Source: Ostrea edulis
Lineage: Eukaryota
Assembly: GCF_947568905.1 (NCBI RefSeq)
Contig: NC_079172.1
Location: 29,388,001 to 29,452,000, forward strand
DNA length: 64,000 nucleotides
Direction of reading: 5' to 3'
Shown here: in pieces, positions 34,991-47,299 of the stretch
How the letters are laid out: every line of letters starts with the position of its first letter
How positions within the stretch are numbered: position 1 is the stretch's first letter
Notes under the pieces: model-generated
The model's database searches: none
The model's input: the letters and a program-made list of their open reading frames with translations, nothing else
Told to the model about the DNA's origin: nothing
Program-made: the position numbers and the translations under genes

Positions 34991-37859
34991 TGTGCTTTAG
35001 TCATAAATTTTTTAATGTTAAATTATGTTAGTTGAAACTTTTTAACAAGTATTGTACTGTGTTAAATTATCTGCATAGCTGCTTTGTTCTTTGTGTATAG
35101 GGGGTTGGGGCTCTTTTTACCTATAGGATGAAGTGATGGAAAGGTGCATATAAGAGATGCTTATCAGTGTTATGCCTTGCAGTCGGTGCACAATTTGTAT
35201 TTTGAAAAAAAGGAAGGTATTTCTTGCTACCCATTTTTATATTGTGTATGATTCTGTACCATAGTAGGCTTTAGATTTGAAATAACGCAGATTTTCTGCA
35301 AAGTATTGTTTTTTATACTTCACCTTGTTTGTTGATCAAAGATGTGGAAGCTTTATAGCAATATCACAGATGTAGAGTTTTACTTTTATTTGTAGAGAAG
35401 GCTATCTATTGGAAGCATGCACCATTTCATGTAAATTATAGAAAACTTGGGATATATTGAATATAACTGATGGTGAAGTGTGGTAATTTGCATGCCATAA
35501 ATTTGATTTTCATAGTTTCATATAATCTGCTATTGTAACCAAGACTTGCTGTGTTGGCATTTCAAACTTCCTCAATTGTCACGAAATTGGTTCTTTCCTA
35601 GTTGTCGCAATTTTCTGGCAGCAACACTATTTTAATTATGTTAATATTGCCTATCTGCATACTATGCAATAATCCAAGATTTGTGTGAAGTAGCAAGTTA
35701 TCCTAGCTATTGTAACTTTAATTCAACATGTACTTGGTTGGGTTTTGTTTTCTCCTCTTATGTACCAGTGTGAAGATGATTGATTTGGCATGAGAAGAAA
35801 ATTAGCAGCTATTAGCAGACACTAAATAACCTTCCCTGCCTCAATGTGGTATTCTTTGTGATATTTAATATGCTGTGTAATTTTTATTGTGTGTTTCTTT
35901 TTGTTGTATATACCAAGTAATGTTTATATATGAAAATTAGCAGTGGTTAATGGTCACTAAGTAACCCTCACTGCCTTCATGTGGTATTCCATTTCTTTTG
36001 TATACTAAATTTTCAGTAATATTTCTGCGCACATCCTAAGGTGTAATTTCTTTGTCGTGTTGATGCATAGCCAAAATATTTGTAACCCCTACTAAAATGT
36101 GTTTCTAAGTATTAAGTGTAGTAGTTACCACTTGGACATCTAGATAATGTTGAAGCATGAAAGTTATTTAATTTTGTCCTTTCTTTACATGCTAATTGTA
36201 TGCAGCACTAGCTCTGGACTTGGGGCTTTCTGAAAGTGGCACTGTGTGGATGATATAGTCTGCTATCTTTACCCCTACGATGTAATTAACATTTAACACA
36301 TTTTTTGTGTTCAGTTTAATGTAGTCTACTAGACTTGCATATAACTTATTTTTTATCAAAATTGAATCGTAAACAGTTTGAGGTAAAAGCGAGTCATACA
36401 TTACACTTATCTATGCATTTAAGCTTAATACTATCAATGGTAAACAAAATTTTTGTTGGCAGTTCTTGTTGAATTGTCCTGTGATCAGTTGAACACGGGT
36501 TTGTGTTTTTGTTTGTTATTTTAACAGGTTTTCTCTGCTTTGGCATCTGTAAGTTAATTTACATGTATATCATACAGGGTCATTCAAGTTTGTAATGTGT
36601 AGCATGGTGATTCAAGTAGCCATGTTGGTCTTAAAACAGCATTTATGTTCCTGGTTACTGCCCGTTATCATAACATTGTGTAATGGTCATTAATTGGATT
36701 ATTTCTCTCTGCTTTAAAACTAATTTAGTTTCTCTTGATTGCTCTGTTCACTGTATATTATGTTGTGTGGTATGTAGACCTGTGGAAAGGTCTAGGTTTT
36801 CTGTTTGCAGATTATGGCGTATGAAGGGGAACAAGGATAGTATATGTGCCTGGCAAGATAAATATGTATACTAGATAAGCATGATGTGGCCCTTCTAAAT
36901 TGGCATGGTCAGAAAGTGAGAAAACACTTGCCGACAGCTGGTCAGAGCAATGGGAAAATCTCACCTCCCCCTCCTCTCTACATGAGGGGAGTTAGGGTTG
37001 GGTGGCCGGCTCGCAGCTAACAGCTGACCACTATTTGGTGTGCCTTAATTGTCAATCTAAATTTTGTGATTAATTCTATAAAAAATTTGGGTGATTTGTA
37101 AATAATTTTATGAGTGTTTTATGAAATGAAACTCTAGATCTGATGTTGTAATGATGAAGAGATTTTCGCGCAATTAAAATTTCCAAAATCTTGAATACAT
37201 TGTAAATTCCATCTAGGATAAGTGATTTATTCTTAATAATCCAAATATTAAATTGTTATGATAAATAACATTAATTTAGGATTAAAGAATTAGTTACAAC
37301 TGTCAAAATGGTAATAAAAAATATTTTGGTGAATAAAAAACAAGTTTTTAAATTGGAAGTGTATATTGTGAAACTTGGAAAGATTTGAAAAATAAAATGA
37401 AATTAAAATGTTTTTATGTAGTTGGTTTTCTGTATTGCTGCATGCAACCATGGTTCACGTCTTTTTTCAAGGATGTTGCCTTTCATATCACATTTAAATG
37501 TGCGACATTTTCACGATTAGAAACTTAAAATGCCCATTTAATGAAATATGAAAGTTGCCTTGATTACAGAAGGTTGAGTCTTGGTTGCATGAATATTGAA
37601 AGTGTTTTCAGATTCTCTCCATGGATATGGGTATTTAATTATCGTACTGAACTGACCAAATGGCCATTTTGAAGTGCATGTACTTGTATGTCTAGGAAAC
37701 TGATTTAGTGAAGACATTGAGTGATCTTGTAGATCCTACAGTAACAAGGCCATAGGGTTCAAGGGTTAGGATTAAAGATTTTCTATTGGATGATCAATGA
37801 TTTTGAAGAATTTCACTTTTTCAGTGGATTTTGGTCAGCCTGCTAAAACTTGAAGCCAG

Positions 37860-40430
37860 AATTGGATCTGGTTTTTCTGCACCCAATCTAGGTCTGAATA
37901 CAGGTGCCCTTAGAGGGAGGTTGTGACAAGATGTCGGTGCAATATCTATGATAAAAGTCCATAACAACATTTGCTCTACTTTTAGTTTTAAAAAAGGTCA
38001 TGGTGCACCATATTAAGTTGAAATGTGAACTGATAATATATTTGAGAAAGTGGTTGTGACAAAATTTAGAACAATACCTGTAAACCATATTGGGAAAAAA
38101 ATCTGGTAAACTGTGACCTACTTCTACCCCTAAGGTAGGTCATAGTGCACCAATCCAGCTGAAATGCTAACTCCACTTTTAATTCCTCCAAGAGGAAGTC
38201 TGAAGAAATATGGCAATATCTTTATCCGTGTTTGGAAGGAAAAAAAAAGCCTGGAAAACTTTGACATATTTTGAGACCTGAAGTAGGTGAAGGATGGACC
38301 AATCCAGCTGAGATTGATGTTTTCCGCCACTCTCAACAATTTTTCAGTTATCTGGTGGCGCCCAGTTTTTATTGGTGGTAGAGAGAACCCAGATACATTG
38401 TGCCCGGGAAGAGACCACTGACCCTCTGCAAGTAAACTGGGAAACTTCCTCACTTGCCAGCGTGAGCGGGATTCGAACCCGCACCAAGCAGAGGTGAGGC
38501 CTGTGTGATTTTGAGGGCGATGCTCTAACCACTCGGCCACGGAGGCCCCTCAATCCACACGGGCTTAGCCCCTGTGTCTCAATCCAGCTGAAATGGAAAC
38601 TGAACTCCAAGAGGAAGCCTTTGACTAAAGAAGATGGGTGACTTTATCGAGCCGACGAACTCGCAAAGTAAATATCAAATTTAAAATTGAAGCTCTCTTG
38701 AAAAAGAAACATTTGCATTCTATAGTTAAAGCAATCAATCCATAGTTTCCAGAAATGCTCTTTCGATGTGCCCATTTCAAATGAAAAAATCCTATTCAAA
38801 TGCAAAAAACTCGCAAAATAACAGTAAATTTGACTTTCCCAAGCAGATTTTCATATGGAATCGGCGAAGATTGATTAAAAAATGTTAGTACATGTTCAGG
38901 TGTAATATGTTTTGTAAGTATGGAGACTTGACCCACTCTGAAAAAAACTTGACTTTCTTGTGTAAAACTTTTGTCATATTATCAAGAAAGTTTACATGTC
39001 CACGACGGGTGACTTTAGATAGCTTGAAATTCAAAAATTAATCATGGGATGAATAGCCAAGGTTGTATAGGGGCCGTCTCAATAAGTTTTGGGACAGACT
39101 TGGATTGCATATCTGGTTCGAATTCCAATTTCTCTCCTATCTATTTTTTTCTTGTGAATTATTAGACTTCCCACAATTATTTGTCTCTGGCATTTTATGC
39201 TAAGTTTTACTCCTAGCATGCAATCTTGCAACAATCAAAAAGTTGCTCAAAGGCACAGTACAAAAACAAAGCAAATCAAGTGTGTGACTTCAAAGAAGAA
39301 AATTTAATTAAAATCATCATTCACAGGCAATATCATGTATATCAGACATTAAACGGCTTTTAACGCTCACATAATCACACTGGTGCCTGGAGTACCTAAG
39401 GTACCAAATGACACTGCATACATGCTTACAACATCCAACAGTACGTGCTCCACATTTCCATTAACAAATTAACTGATGCGAGTGAGAAACCTCGCGTTTT
39501 GTGATGTAAATTAAATGTGGAATAGCGTTTTCTGTATGGTGCGCAGTATTAATGCTTTGATTTGGATTCAGTTTTTATCCAACAAATGTTTTTGAACAGC
39601 ATTTAAAACCTACTGGTACTAGTATACCGAATATAATAAAGGCATCAGTTCTCGCCTCTTTTGGTACAACTCTGAGGCCAATTTTACAGTTACAGAACAC
39701 AAATTTGTTAGATTTCCCAGCAAATACAAATGGGACAGAAACAATATGATCCATATATTTGGGGTTTTTTAAATTCTAAATATTTTGGACAGCGTTTTGG
39801 TATGATACTGTATTTATTGTAACTACGGGTACCATCAATGCAGATTTTAAACTCACGATTTGCAACCGGTGCCCAATCATGAATACAGGCTTATTGTTCA
39901 CCAAGTTCACCCATCTTTCAGGACAATGCCTATATATCCATAATGAAAAAAAAGCCTGGAAAACTGTTTGATCTACTTTTAATCTTAAATAATGTAGGTC
40001 ACGGACGGACTGGCCAATCCAGCTGAAATGCAATCTGAACTCGTATTCCTCTTGGAGAAAGCTTAAAAATTTCAGGGCAACATCTGTATCTGTAACCAAA
40101 AAAAGTCTGGAAAACTGTTTGACCTACTTTTTAAGTTGGCCAAACCAGTTGAAATGCAAAGTATATTCCTCTTGGAGGAAGTTAATGTGTAAATTTCAGG
40201 GCAACATCTGTATCTGTAACAAAAAAGTCTGGAAAACTGACCTACTTTTTAAGTAGGCCAATCCAGCTGAAATGCAGAGTCACTCTCGCACTTCTTGAGG
40301 GAAAAATTGTGACAAAATTTCAAAGTTGTACATGCATCCGTTACAGAAAAAAGTCCGGAAAACATGACCTTGGACGGACAGACAGAAGCACGGATAGTGC
40401 CATATCATAATCCTAATAGCGGATGTATAA
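37860..40430. repeat. Decayed Helentron-type satellite carrier (CCAATCCAGCTGAAATGC units), split by later insertions
   Basis: The unit motif occurs at ~38150, 38300/38580, 40015, 40140 and 40259. A GGACGGACAGACAG...TATAAAAA terminus lies at 40373-40432. Confidence 0.55.
38312..38550 (-). mobile_element. tRNA-derived SINE, family A copy 1
   Basis: Head GGGGCCTCCGTGGCCGAGTGGTTAGAGC...GGTTCGAATCCC (A and B boxes), tail GTGGCGGAAAACATCAAT, TSD CAATCCAGCTGA (38300-11, 38580-91). Confidence 0.9.
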
Positions 40431-41886
40431 AAATCACTGTGAATGGATGGAGCTTTCGTATTTCACATAAATGTGTGCTTTCTTTGTGACAAGACCTTTT
40501 CGTACCAAAATTTTTACATAGGCCATGATATTTTGATTGGATTGTAATAGGGCTTTCATATTCCACATTTGTATTCCTTTAAAAGTAACTGATCATTCTT
40601 CTCCATATCAATTCCTTGTGATGAGTTTCACAGATGCATCTTATTTGCAATATCAAAACATTTACAAATAGGTAATAATAACTCAGTTAAGAGTTTGAAA
40701 GGTCATTTACTGAATGGCATGGAAACCCCAATTGTGCTCAAATACAAATAAATTGGTATGTTTATAATCTGAAATTTCCCCTTAAAGTCCCTGAAGTCGT
40801 GGTTTAGGGTTAAGATCAAAAGATCGATGTCAGATAAAAATCTAAATTCAAATAGTTAAGGGGAGGGGGAGTAAAATCTCCCTCAAGTTTTTGTCATCCG
40901 ACATCGATTACGCTTCAGTGGAAAAAAGAAGCGACTGGTAAAAGCCACATAATAATAATACTAATAGATTTAATGTACACTTTTATCTATGAATAAAGAG
41001 TAGAAAAGGTATACAGAGTGTTATTTTTACTCGTATGTTTTTAATCAATTAGTTTCAACATTCATCATATTTATTTGGGGGGGGGGGGGGGGTGTATTGG
41101 TGAAAACTATGTGAATTAAGTTTTCTAGATCTCACCCCCTAATTGATCAATTTGTTTCATAATCAACAACATATGCAGTATATTGTACAAGATTTAATAT
41201 ACAGATGAATAACTTAAAATGGAGAGTAACAGATATCATCAATTTCGTCAGTAAAGTCAGTTATACAAATCGATCTCCTCTTTGAAATATATCATAGTGA
41301 ACACCATAGATAAAAAGTAACTTTATCACTTGCTCTAAAAATATTGTCAATGTCATTTAGGGCATATAACTTAAAGGGGCATTAGCTGTCATTTTGTTGC
41401 CAAAAATTTAATTCAATGAAAATTGCCCGATTTATATATTTCAGTAACAACACCAGAATTTAATGATTTCAAACACTTTTTACCCTCAAAATGGGCACAT
41501 GAATATGTGATGTGGTGATTGAATAGTTATTGTCTTGCTAGACAATACTTTCTTATATATTTCTTAACACTAAAAGTGGTTATCTTAAGTAATTTTACTA
41601 GGTTTAATTCTCTTCTTTTTGTACAAAATAAATGTTTTTATTATAGTCATTAATATACCGGGTATACATGTATTCCCATGCCATTGAGATATTTTGAAGA
41701 AAAACAAGGTTAAATTGCCATTACTTTCACAGCTACTGGCACTTTAAAACTGCTAGGAATGAAATTGATATGAGCTGCCAAGTTTGTCTTTGCTTGTAAT
41801 TAAAAGCAAATGAGATTTAGCAAGTCATCTGGGCATCCATCATTCTCTGCTCAATCTACTTATAACTATGAAGCATCTTTAATTTT

Positions 41887-42603
41887 TTAATCAGATTCTA
41901 GAACATTTTTGGAAGCAGATTCGAAGTTGCTTTGTTTACGGTCCTCTTCGACATCTTCATCGCCTACAAATTCATCATATTCATCATTTTCTTCATCATC
42001 GTTCACATCACTCATTTCTTCTGCTTCTGTCAACAAATTCAAATCAGGCTCTGCATCTTGGATGAGAATCTCGTTGCATTTCTCATTGGTGGAGTTCATC
42101 ACTCGACTGACCATCTTCCTTACGTGGCGATTCATGTGGCGCTTTAAGACAAAACCCCGCCCAAACCTCCGTCCACAGATCTGACAGGGAAACGGCTTAA
42201 TTTTCTGATGCGTCTCCAAATGGTGATACAGCGAGCTCTTGTCAGTGAAGCTTTTCCCACACTCCTCACAAGAAAATGGACGCTCTCCACTGTGGATTCG
42301 GAGGTGCACGGTCAGTGCACCTTTCTGTCCAAATGCCTTTCCACACACGCTACACACAAATTCTCTGACTCCCTCGTGTACTGTCTTCATGTGTCGGACT
42401 AGATTGCAGCTCCACCTAAAGGCCACACCACATACAGCACACTGATGGTCCCGTTCATTGGTGTGGATTTTCCTGTGAGCCCACAGATTTCTCGAGTCAC
42501 AGAATGCCTTGTCACACATATCACATTTGAAAATCCTCTCACCTGAATGGGTTCTTAGGTGAGTTTTCATAGCAGCAATCAGGTAGAAAGCTTTCCCACA
42601 CAC
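41887..42603 (-). CDS. C2H2 zinc-finger protein, last coding exon; full CDS complement(join(41887..42603,43620..43816,46098..46809)), 541 aa
   Basis: AG acceptor at 42604-05. Five fingers plus the end of a sixth with HTGE(R/K)P-like linkers, then an acidic tail and TAA at 41887. Confidence 0.92.
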   Translation of the reverse strand: MCGKAFYLIAAMKTHLRTHSGERIFKCDMCDKAFCDSRNLWAHRKIHTNERDHQCAVCGVAFRWSCNLVRHMKTVHEGVREFVCSVCGKAFGQKGALTVHLRIHSGERPFSCEECGKSFTDKSSLYHHLETHQKIKPFPCQICGRRFGRGFVLKRHMNRHVRKMVSRVMNSTNEKCNEILIQDAEPDLNLLTEAEEMSDVNDDEENDEYDEFVGDEDVEEDRKQSNFESASKNVLESD

Positions 42604-43216
42604 CTATTAAAGTGTAAAGTTATAAAAACAGTCTCTATGCAAATTTCATTTAACATCAGAATTTAGAAAAAAAAAGTTTCACTGCAAATGCAACCTTCAG
42701 TTAACATATACAGTACCATAAAACATGGTTATTGGTGAAGCTCCAGGGCCAGCAAAAAACATTTAGTTTTAACCAAACTTCATTATATCCAAGAATATTT
42801 TGGTTATTTTCCTCTCATAGGAGAATATTCACTGATCGAATCTTTTTTCTTATATTTCTTTTGAAATTGACATTGCTCTCATCAGACAATGAATACATGT
42901 TTGTTGTGAACTAGTTTTTTTTAAAATACCACCTGCCTGTGTGATCATTACCAAATATGGAGCGTCGTCAATTTCAAAGGGTGTATATGCTGTTCCATTT
43001 AAAGTAACAAATGGGTCAATGATATATTTTGGTACTTAAATTTAGTTGATATTTTCAAAAAATACATAATGAATTATGAAACAATAAACTGTTTTTCTTT
43101 GTTGTTTTATTGTGTGATGAAGGTAGCAAGCATTGCAGAAAAATTTGCATATAAACCTGCTAACGCGGATTTAATATGAATTTTTGCTGCAATGTTTGCT
43201 ACCTTCAACACTCGAT

Positions 43217-43440
43217 TGATGTTTTCCGCCACACTCAACAATTTTTCAGTTATAAGGTGGTGCCCAGTTTTTATTGGTGGAAGAGAGAACCCAGTTACAA
43301 TGTACTTGGGAAGAGACCACCGACCTTCCGAAAGTAAACTGGGAAACTTTCTCACTTACCGGCGTGAGCGAGATTTGAACCCACGCCGACAGAGGTGAGA
43401 GGCCATGTGATTTTGAGCATGATACTTGGCCACGGAGGCC
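43217..43440 (-). mobile_element. tRNA-derived SINE, family A copy 2
   Basis: Same family as 38312-38550, with 14-15 bp TSD (C)CTTCAACACTCGAT at 43202-16 and 43440-54. Confidence 0.9.
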
Positions 43441-43619
43441 CTTCAACACTCGATAAAACAACAAAGATCTAAAACATTTTAATGTTTGAATATATATCAA
43501 GCATGAATTTGTTTGCTATACAAGCGTGTTTCACTGTATTACAAAATAGCCTTGGAGCCTGTGAATCGATAATTTCTAAACAGTCTACAAATTCATCAGA
43601 TCAAAATCTCGTTGTATAC

Positions 43620-43816
43620 CTCACACTTGTATGGTCTTTCTTCATCATTCAAGTGAATCCGGGAATGTTTCCTCATGTCGTACGTACTGGCAAATAACTT
43701 CCCGCATGTCTCGCAGGAGAAAGGTCGCTCTGAGCTGTGACGTTTTACATGCTTTCTCATTGTACTGGGGTCACGGAAGGCCATTCCACACACTTTGCAA
43801 CAGTAAGGCTTTTCTC
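43620..43816 (-). CDS. C2H2 zinc-finger protein, middle coding exon
   Basis: Acceptor TTTTGACAG|GA GAA AAG and donor TGT GAG|GTATAC. Phases match both neighbouring exons (HT-G|EKPYCCKVC and YKCE|VCGKAF). Confidence 0.92.
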
Positions 43817-44455
43817 CTGTCAAAAGATTTCTAATAAAGTAATCATTAAGTCATACATGCAAGACATTTGACCCCTTTGTAGTTTCATCCATGTGTTACA
43901 ACTTAAATTCACATGTAATCAAAACCCTATTTGATTGGTTCATTTGACTTTATATATCATATCAACTTAAGTTGCCATTAAGTCGCGCCATATATGACGC
44001 CCTTACAATGGTATCCCAATACGTTTGGCTCCTGTTTCCATTTTGAGTAGCTTTACAATATTGTTCCAAGTCCTATAAAATTCATACATGTATTAAATTT
44101 ACTTTGATAATCATTTATCAAATAAAAAAAAAATGTTCTTCTGAATTGAATTCAGTTTATAATACGTACACTGCTCCAACTTACTTTAATTACATGTATA
44201 TCGCATAAATTACTTTCATTCCTTAAACATGTTAAAGGATATCGGAATCGGTTAAGTGTCTAATAGTATGACGCAAAACAGTTTACTCTGAAATTTATAG
44301 TCAGCAAATATATATATGTATTACATATGTTCATTATTTATTATAAACTCCATTCTTTCTCATGCAGCTTTGAGAAAATCTTAAGGATTTCATCTCCACA
44401 TACCTTACTTTAAATAGCATGACAGAAAAACACAAGCATTTACTATATCATTAAT

Positions 44456-45674
44456 AAACAAGAGATGTTTGTAAAACACATATGCCCCCCCATGGTGCAA
44501 ATTTGAAAAGGGTTATACACACACACATCATTTAATTGAGAGTAGTATCATCAATTCAAAATATTGAGCAGACAATATCTTCCTATGTCAAGAGTGGATT
44601 GACCATGTGACCTAAAAATCAATAGGGGTCATCAACTCCTGAAGATGTACCAGTGTACCAAGTTTGATGTCTGTCAAGCAAAGGGTTCTCAAGATATTGA
44701 ACGGACAGTATATTCCTATGTCCAATTTGACCCTTGACTTTTGACCATGTGACCTTAAAATAATTAGTAGTCATCTTCTCCTGAAGATGTACCAGTGTAC
44801 CAAGTTTGATGTCTGTCAAGCAAAGGGTTCTCAAGATATTGAGCGGACAGTATATTCCTATGTACAGTTTAACCCTTGACCTTTGACCACGCGACCTCAA
44901 AATCAATAGTTGTCATCTTCTCCTGAAGATGTACCAGTGTACCAAGTTTAAAGTCTGTCAAGCAAAGGGTTCTCAAGATATGGAGCTGACAGTATATTCC
45001 AATGTCCAGTTTGACCCTTGAACTTTGACCATGTGATCTGAAAATCAATAGGGGTCGTCTTCTCCTGAAGACGTACCAGTGTACCACGTTTGATGTCTGT
45101 CAAGCAAAGGGTTCTCAAGATATTGAACGGACAGTATATTCCTATGTCCAGTTTGACCCTTGACCTTTGACCATGTGATCTCAAAATCATTAGTGGTCGT
45201 CTTCTCCTGAAGTCGTGGTCGTCTTCTCCTGAAGTCGTACCAGTGTACCAAGTTTGATGTCTGTCAAGAAAAAGGTTCTCAAGATACTGAGCAGACAGTA
45301 TATTCCCATGTCAAGTTTGACCCTTCACCTTTGACCATGTGACCTCAAAATCATTAGGGGTCATCTTCTCTTAAAGATGTACCAGTGTATCAAGTTTGAT
45401 GTCTGTCAACCAAGTTTGATGTCTCTCAAGCAAAGGGTTCTCAAGATATTGAGCGGACATTATATTCCTATGTCCAGAGTAGATTGACCCTTGACCTTTG
45501 ACCTTTTGACCTGAAAAACAATAGGGATCCTCTTCTACTCATAACTAACCCACATATGAAATATCATTATCATCAAGTGAATGGTTCTCAAGATATTGAG
45601 CGGACAACACATGGTCTACAGACCGACAGGTGCAAAACAATATGCCCCCTCTTTTTCAAAGGGGGGCATAAAAA
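44456..45674 (+). mobile_element. Helentron-type non-autonomous element (HINE) with internal 142-bp satellite-like array
   Basis: 5' AACAAG...TATGCCCCCC, 6-7 tandem units with period 142 (44644, 44786, 44928, 45070), and 3' hairpin TATGCCCC...GGGGCATAAAAA. Confidence 0.85.
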
Positions 45675-46097
45675 TGAATTTCAGAGGTGCAAGGACATCA
45701 CAAAAAAGCCCAAATAAGGTAGGCAGGTACAGTTGAAGTTTGGTATCCCAACCACTGATATCTCGAATATTATGGATATGTTGAAGTGATTCAGAAGTCC
45801 CAACCACTTACTCTCTAAGTGTTTTACCCTTGATATCTCAAATCCTCGGATATCTCCAACTTTTTTCTCGGTCCCATCGAGTTCAAGATAATGAAGCTTT
45901 ACTGTATGTAAAATTAAACCAGGTTATTATCCGAGATGAATTACTGTCAGTGTTTAAAGGATAATTTAACAAATCCAATTTCCCCCCCCTTAGTATGCAT
46001 GCATTCAGTCAAGGAAAATGAAATTTTACAATCCTGATAATTTAAGTTCTTTCTAAAATAAAAAATCAACACCTTGATTTAAAAATGTGTCGAATAC

Positions 46098-46809
46098 CTG
46101 TATGGATTGTTTTGTGTCTCTTTAAAGTGATTTTCTCTGCGAACGACTTTCCACACTCATCACAAGTAAGTGCCAGCTCCTTATTATGAATGCGATTGTG
46201 TCTTTTCAATGACTCGTAGAGTTCATAGGCGTTACTGCAGAAGGAACATTTAAAGGCTTTTTTGTCATCATGTTCGTATCTCATATGAGATGCATAACTC
46301 CGCCTGGAGTCAAACGTTGCCTGGCAATGACAGCAGGTGTACATGTCTGAAATTCCGTGCACTTCCTGTATGTGATCTTTCATCTCGCTCTGCCAGAATT
46401 TTTCATAGCAATGATCGCACGTCACTTTTCCTCCACACTTCTTGGAGTTAGCAGAAGGAACCTCCGTGTCCTCACTTGATGAATTGCTCTTTGATTTTGT
46501 TTGCGACTCCCTGAAGCAGACGGTGCTGTGATCTTGACATTTCTTTACGTGGAGAAGGTAGGCATTGCTGTTGCTGAAGTCTTCTCCACAGAGATCACAG
46601 TGGTCATCCACCTCTTCCACAATTATTCGCCTTGGCTGGTTTTTTCGCCGGGATTTTCTGGTCTCCATGATGTCCAGATTTGAGCTGCATTGTTCTAATA
46701 TTCCGTCCTGCTGTGGATGATGGCTTTCAGATGGTCCACTGAAATCTATTGTTACTGCAGTGTCTTCCATCTCGATATTGTGTTCCTTCGTCGATTCATT
46801 GATGTCCAT
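46098..46809 (-). CDS. C2H2 zinc-finger protein, first coding exon
   Basis: ATG at 46809 with an in-frame TGA upstream, acceptor at 46845-46 (exon starts in the 5' UTR), donor ACA G|GTATTC at 46097. Encodes an acidic N-terminus and 4-5 fingers. The three coding parts total 1626 nt. Confidence 0.88.
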
Positions 46810-47299
46810 CCACTGTAAACTACCGATTCATCTGGAGATCCCCTCTGAAAAACACAAATTTAGTTTTCATTTTCATTATTTCTATAAAAATTTTGTTTGC
46901 AGCCAATGTCATTAATTCTGGTAGTATCTCAGAAAGAGATCATATTGGTACGTGTATTTCAGTATGACATACATGTATACATAAAAACTATTATAATAGC
47001 AATAAGAATCTTTTGCACCAGGAGGGGTTTCAACACATCTCTTTGGGAGGGGGGGGGGTTCTATGTATGACAGTATTACTTAAGTTAATTGACCTAAAAA
47101 GTCAGTATCAAAATATATGAGCTTGCATTATTAAGAATGAATGCCAGATTTCACAAGGTACATGTAACAACCCCCCCCCCCACCCACCCCTCCTATTTTG
47201 TTTGCCTTGGTGTGAACAAACACCCAAAAATAGTTCGAAATGTAGTAAAAGGAATTCAAAACTCCCACATAAGAATCATAATCAAAACTCCCAAAATAT

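Noticed and set aside
36985-37005. Telomerase RNA template candidate (AACCCTAAC on the minus strand)
   Set aside because: There is only a 9-nt match, I found no P3 pseudoknot partner or CR4/5-H/ACA domain downstream, and the block appears oriented on the + strand.
44619-45807. ORFs within the HINE (ILRTLCLTDIKLGTLV repeats) and similar ones at 14473-14826
   Set aside because: They are translations of satellite-like units in non-coding elements.
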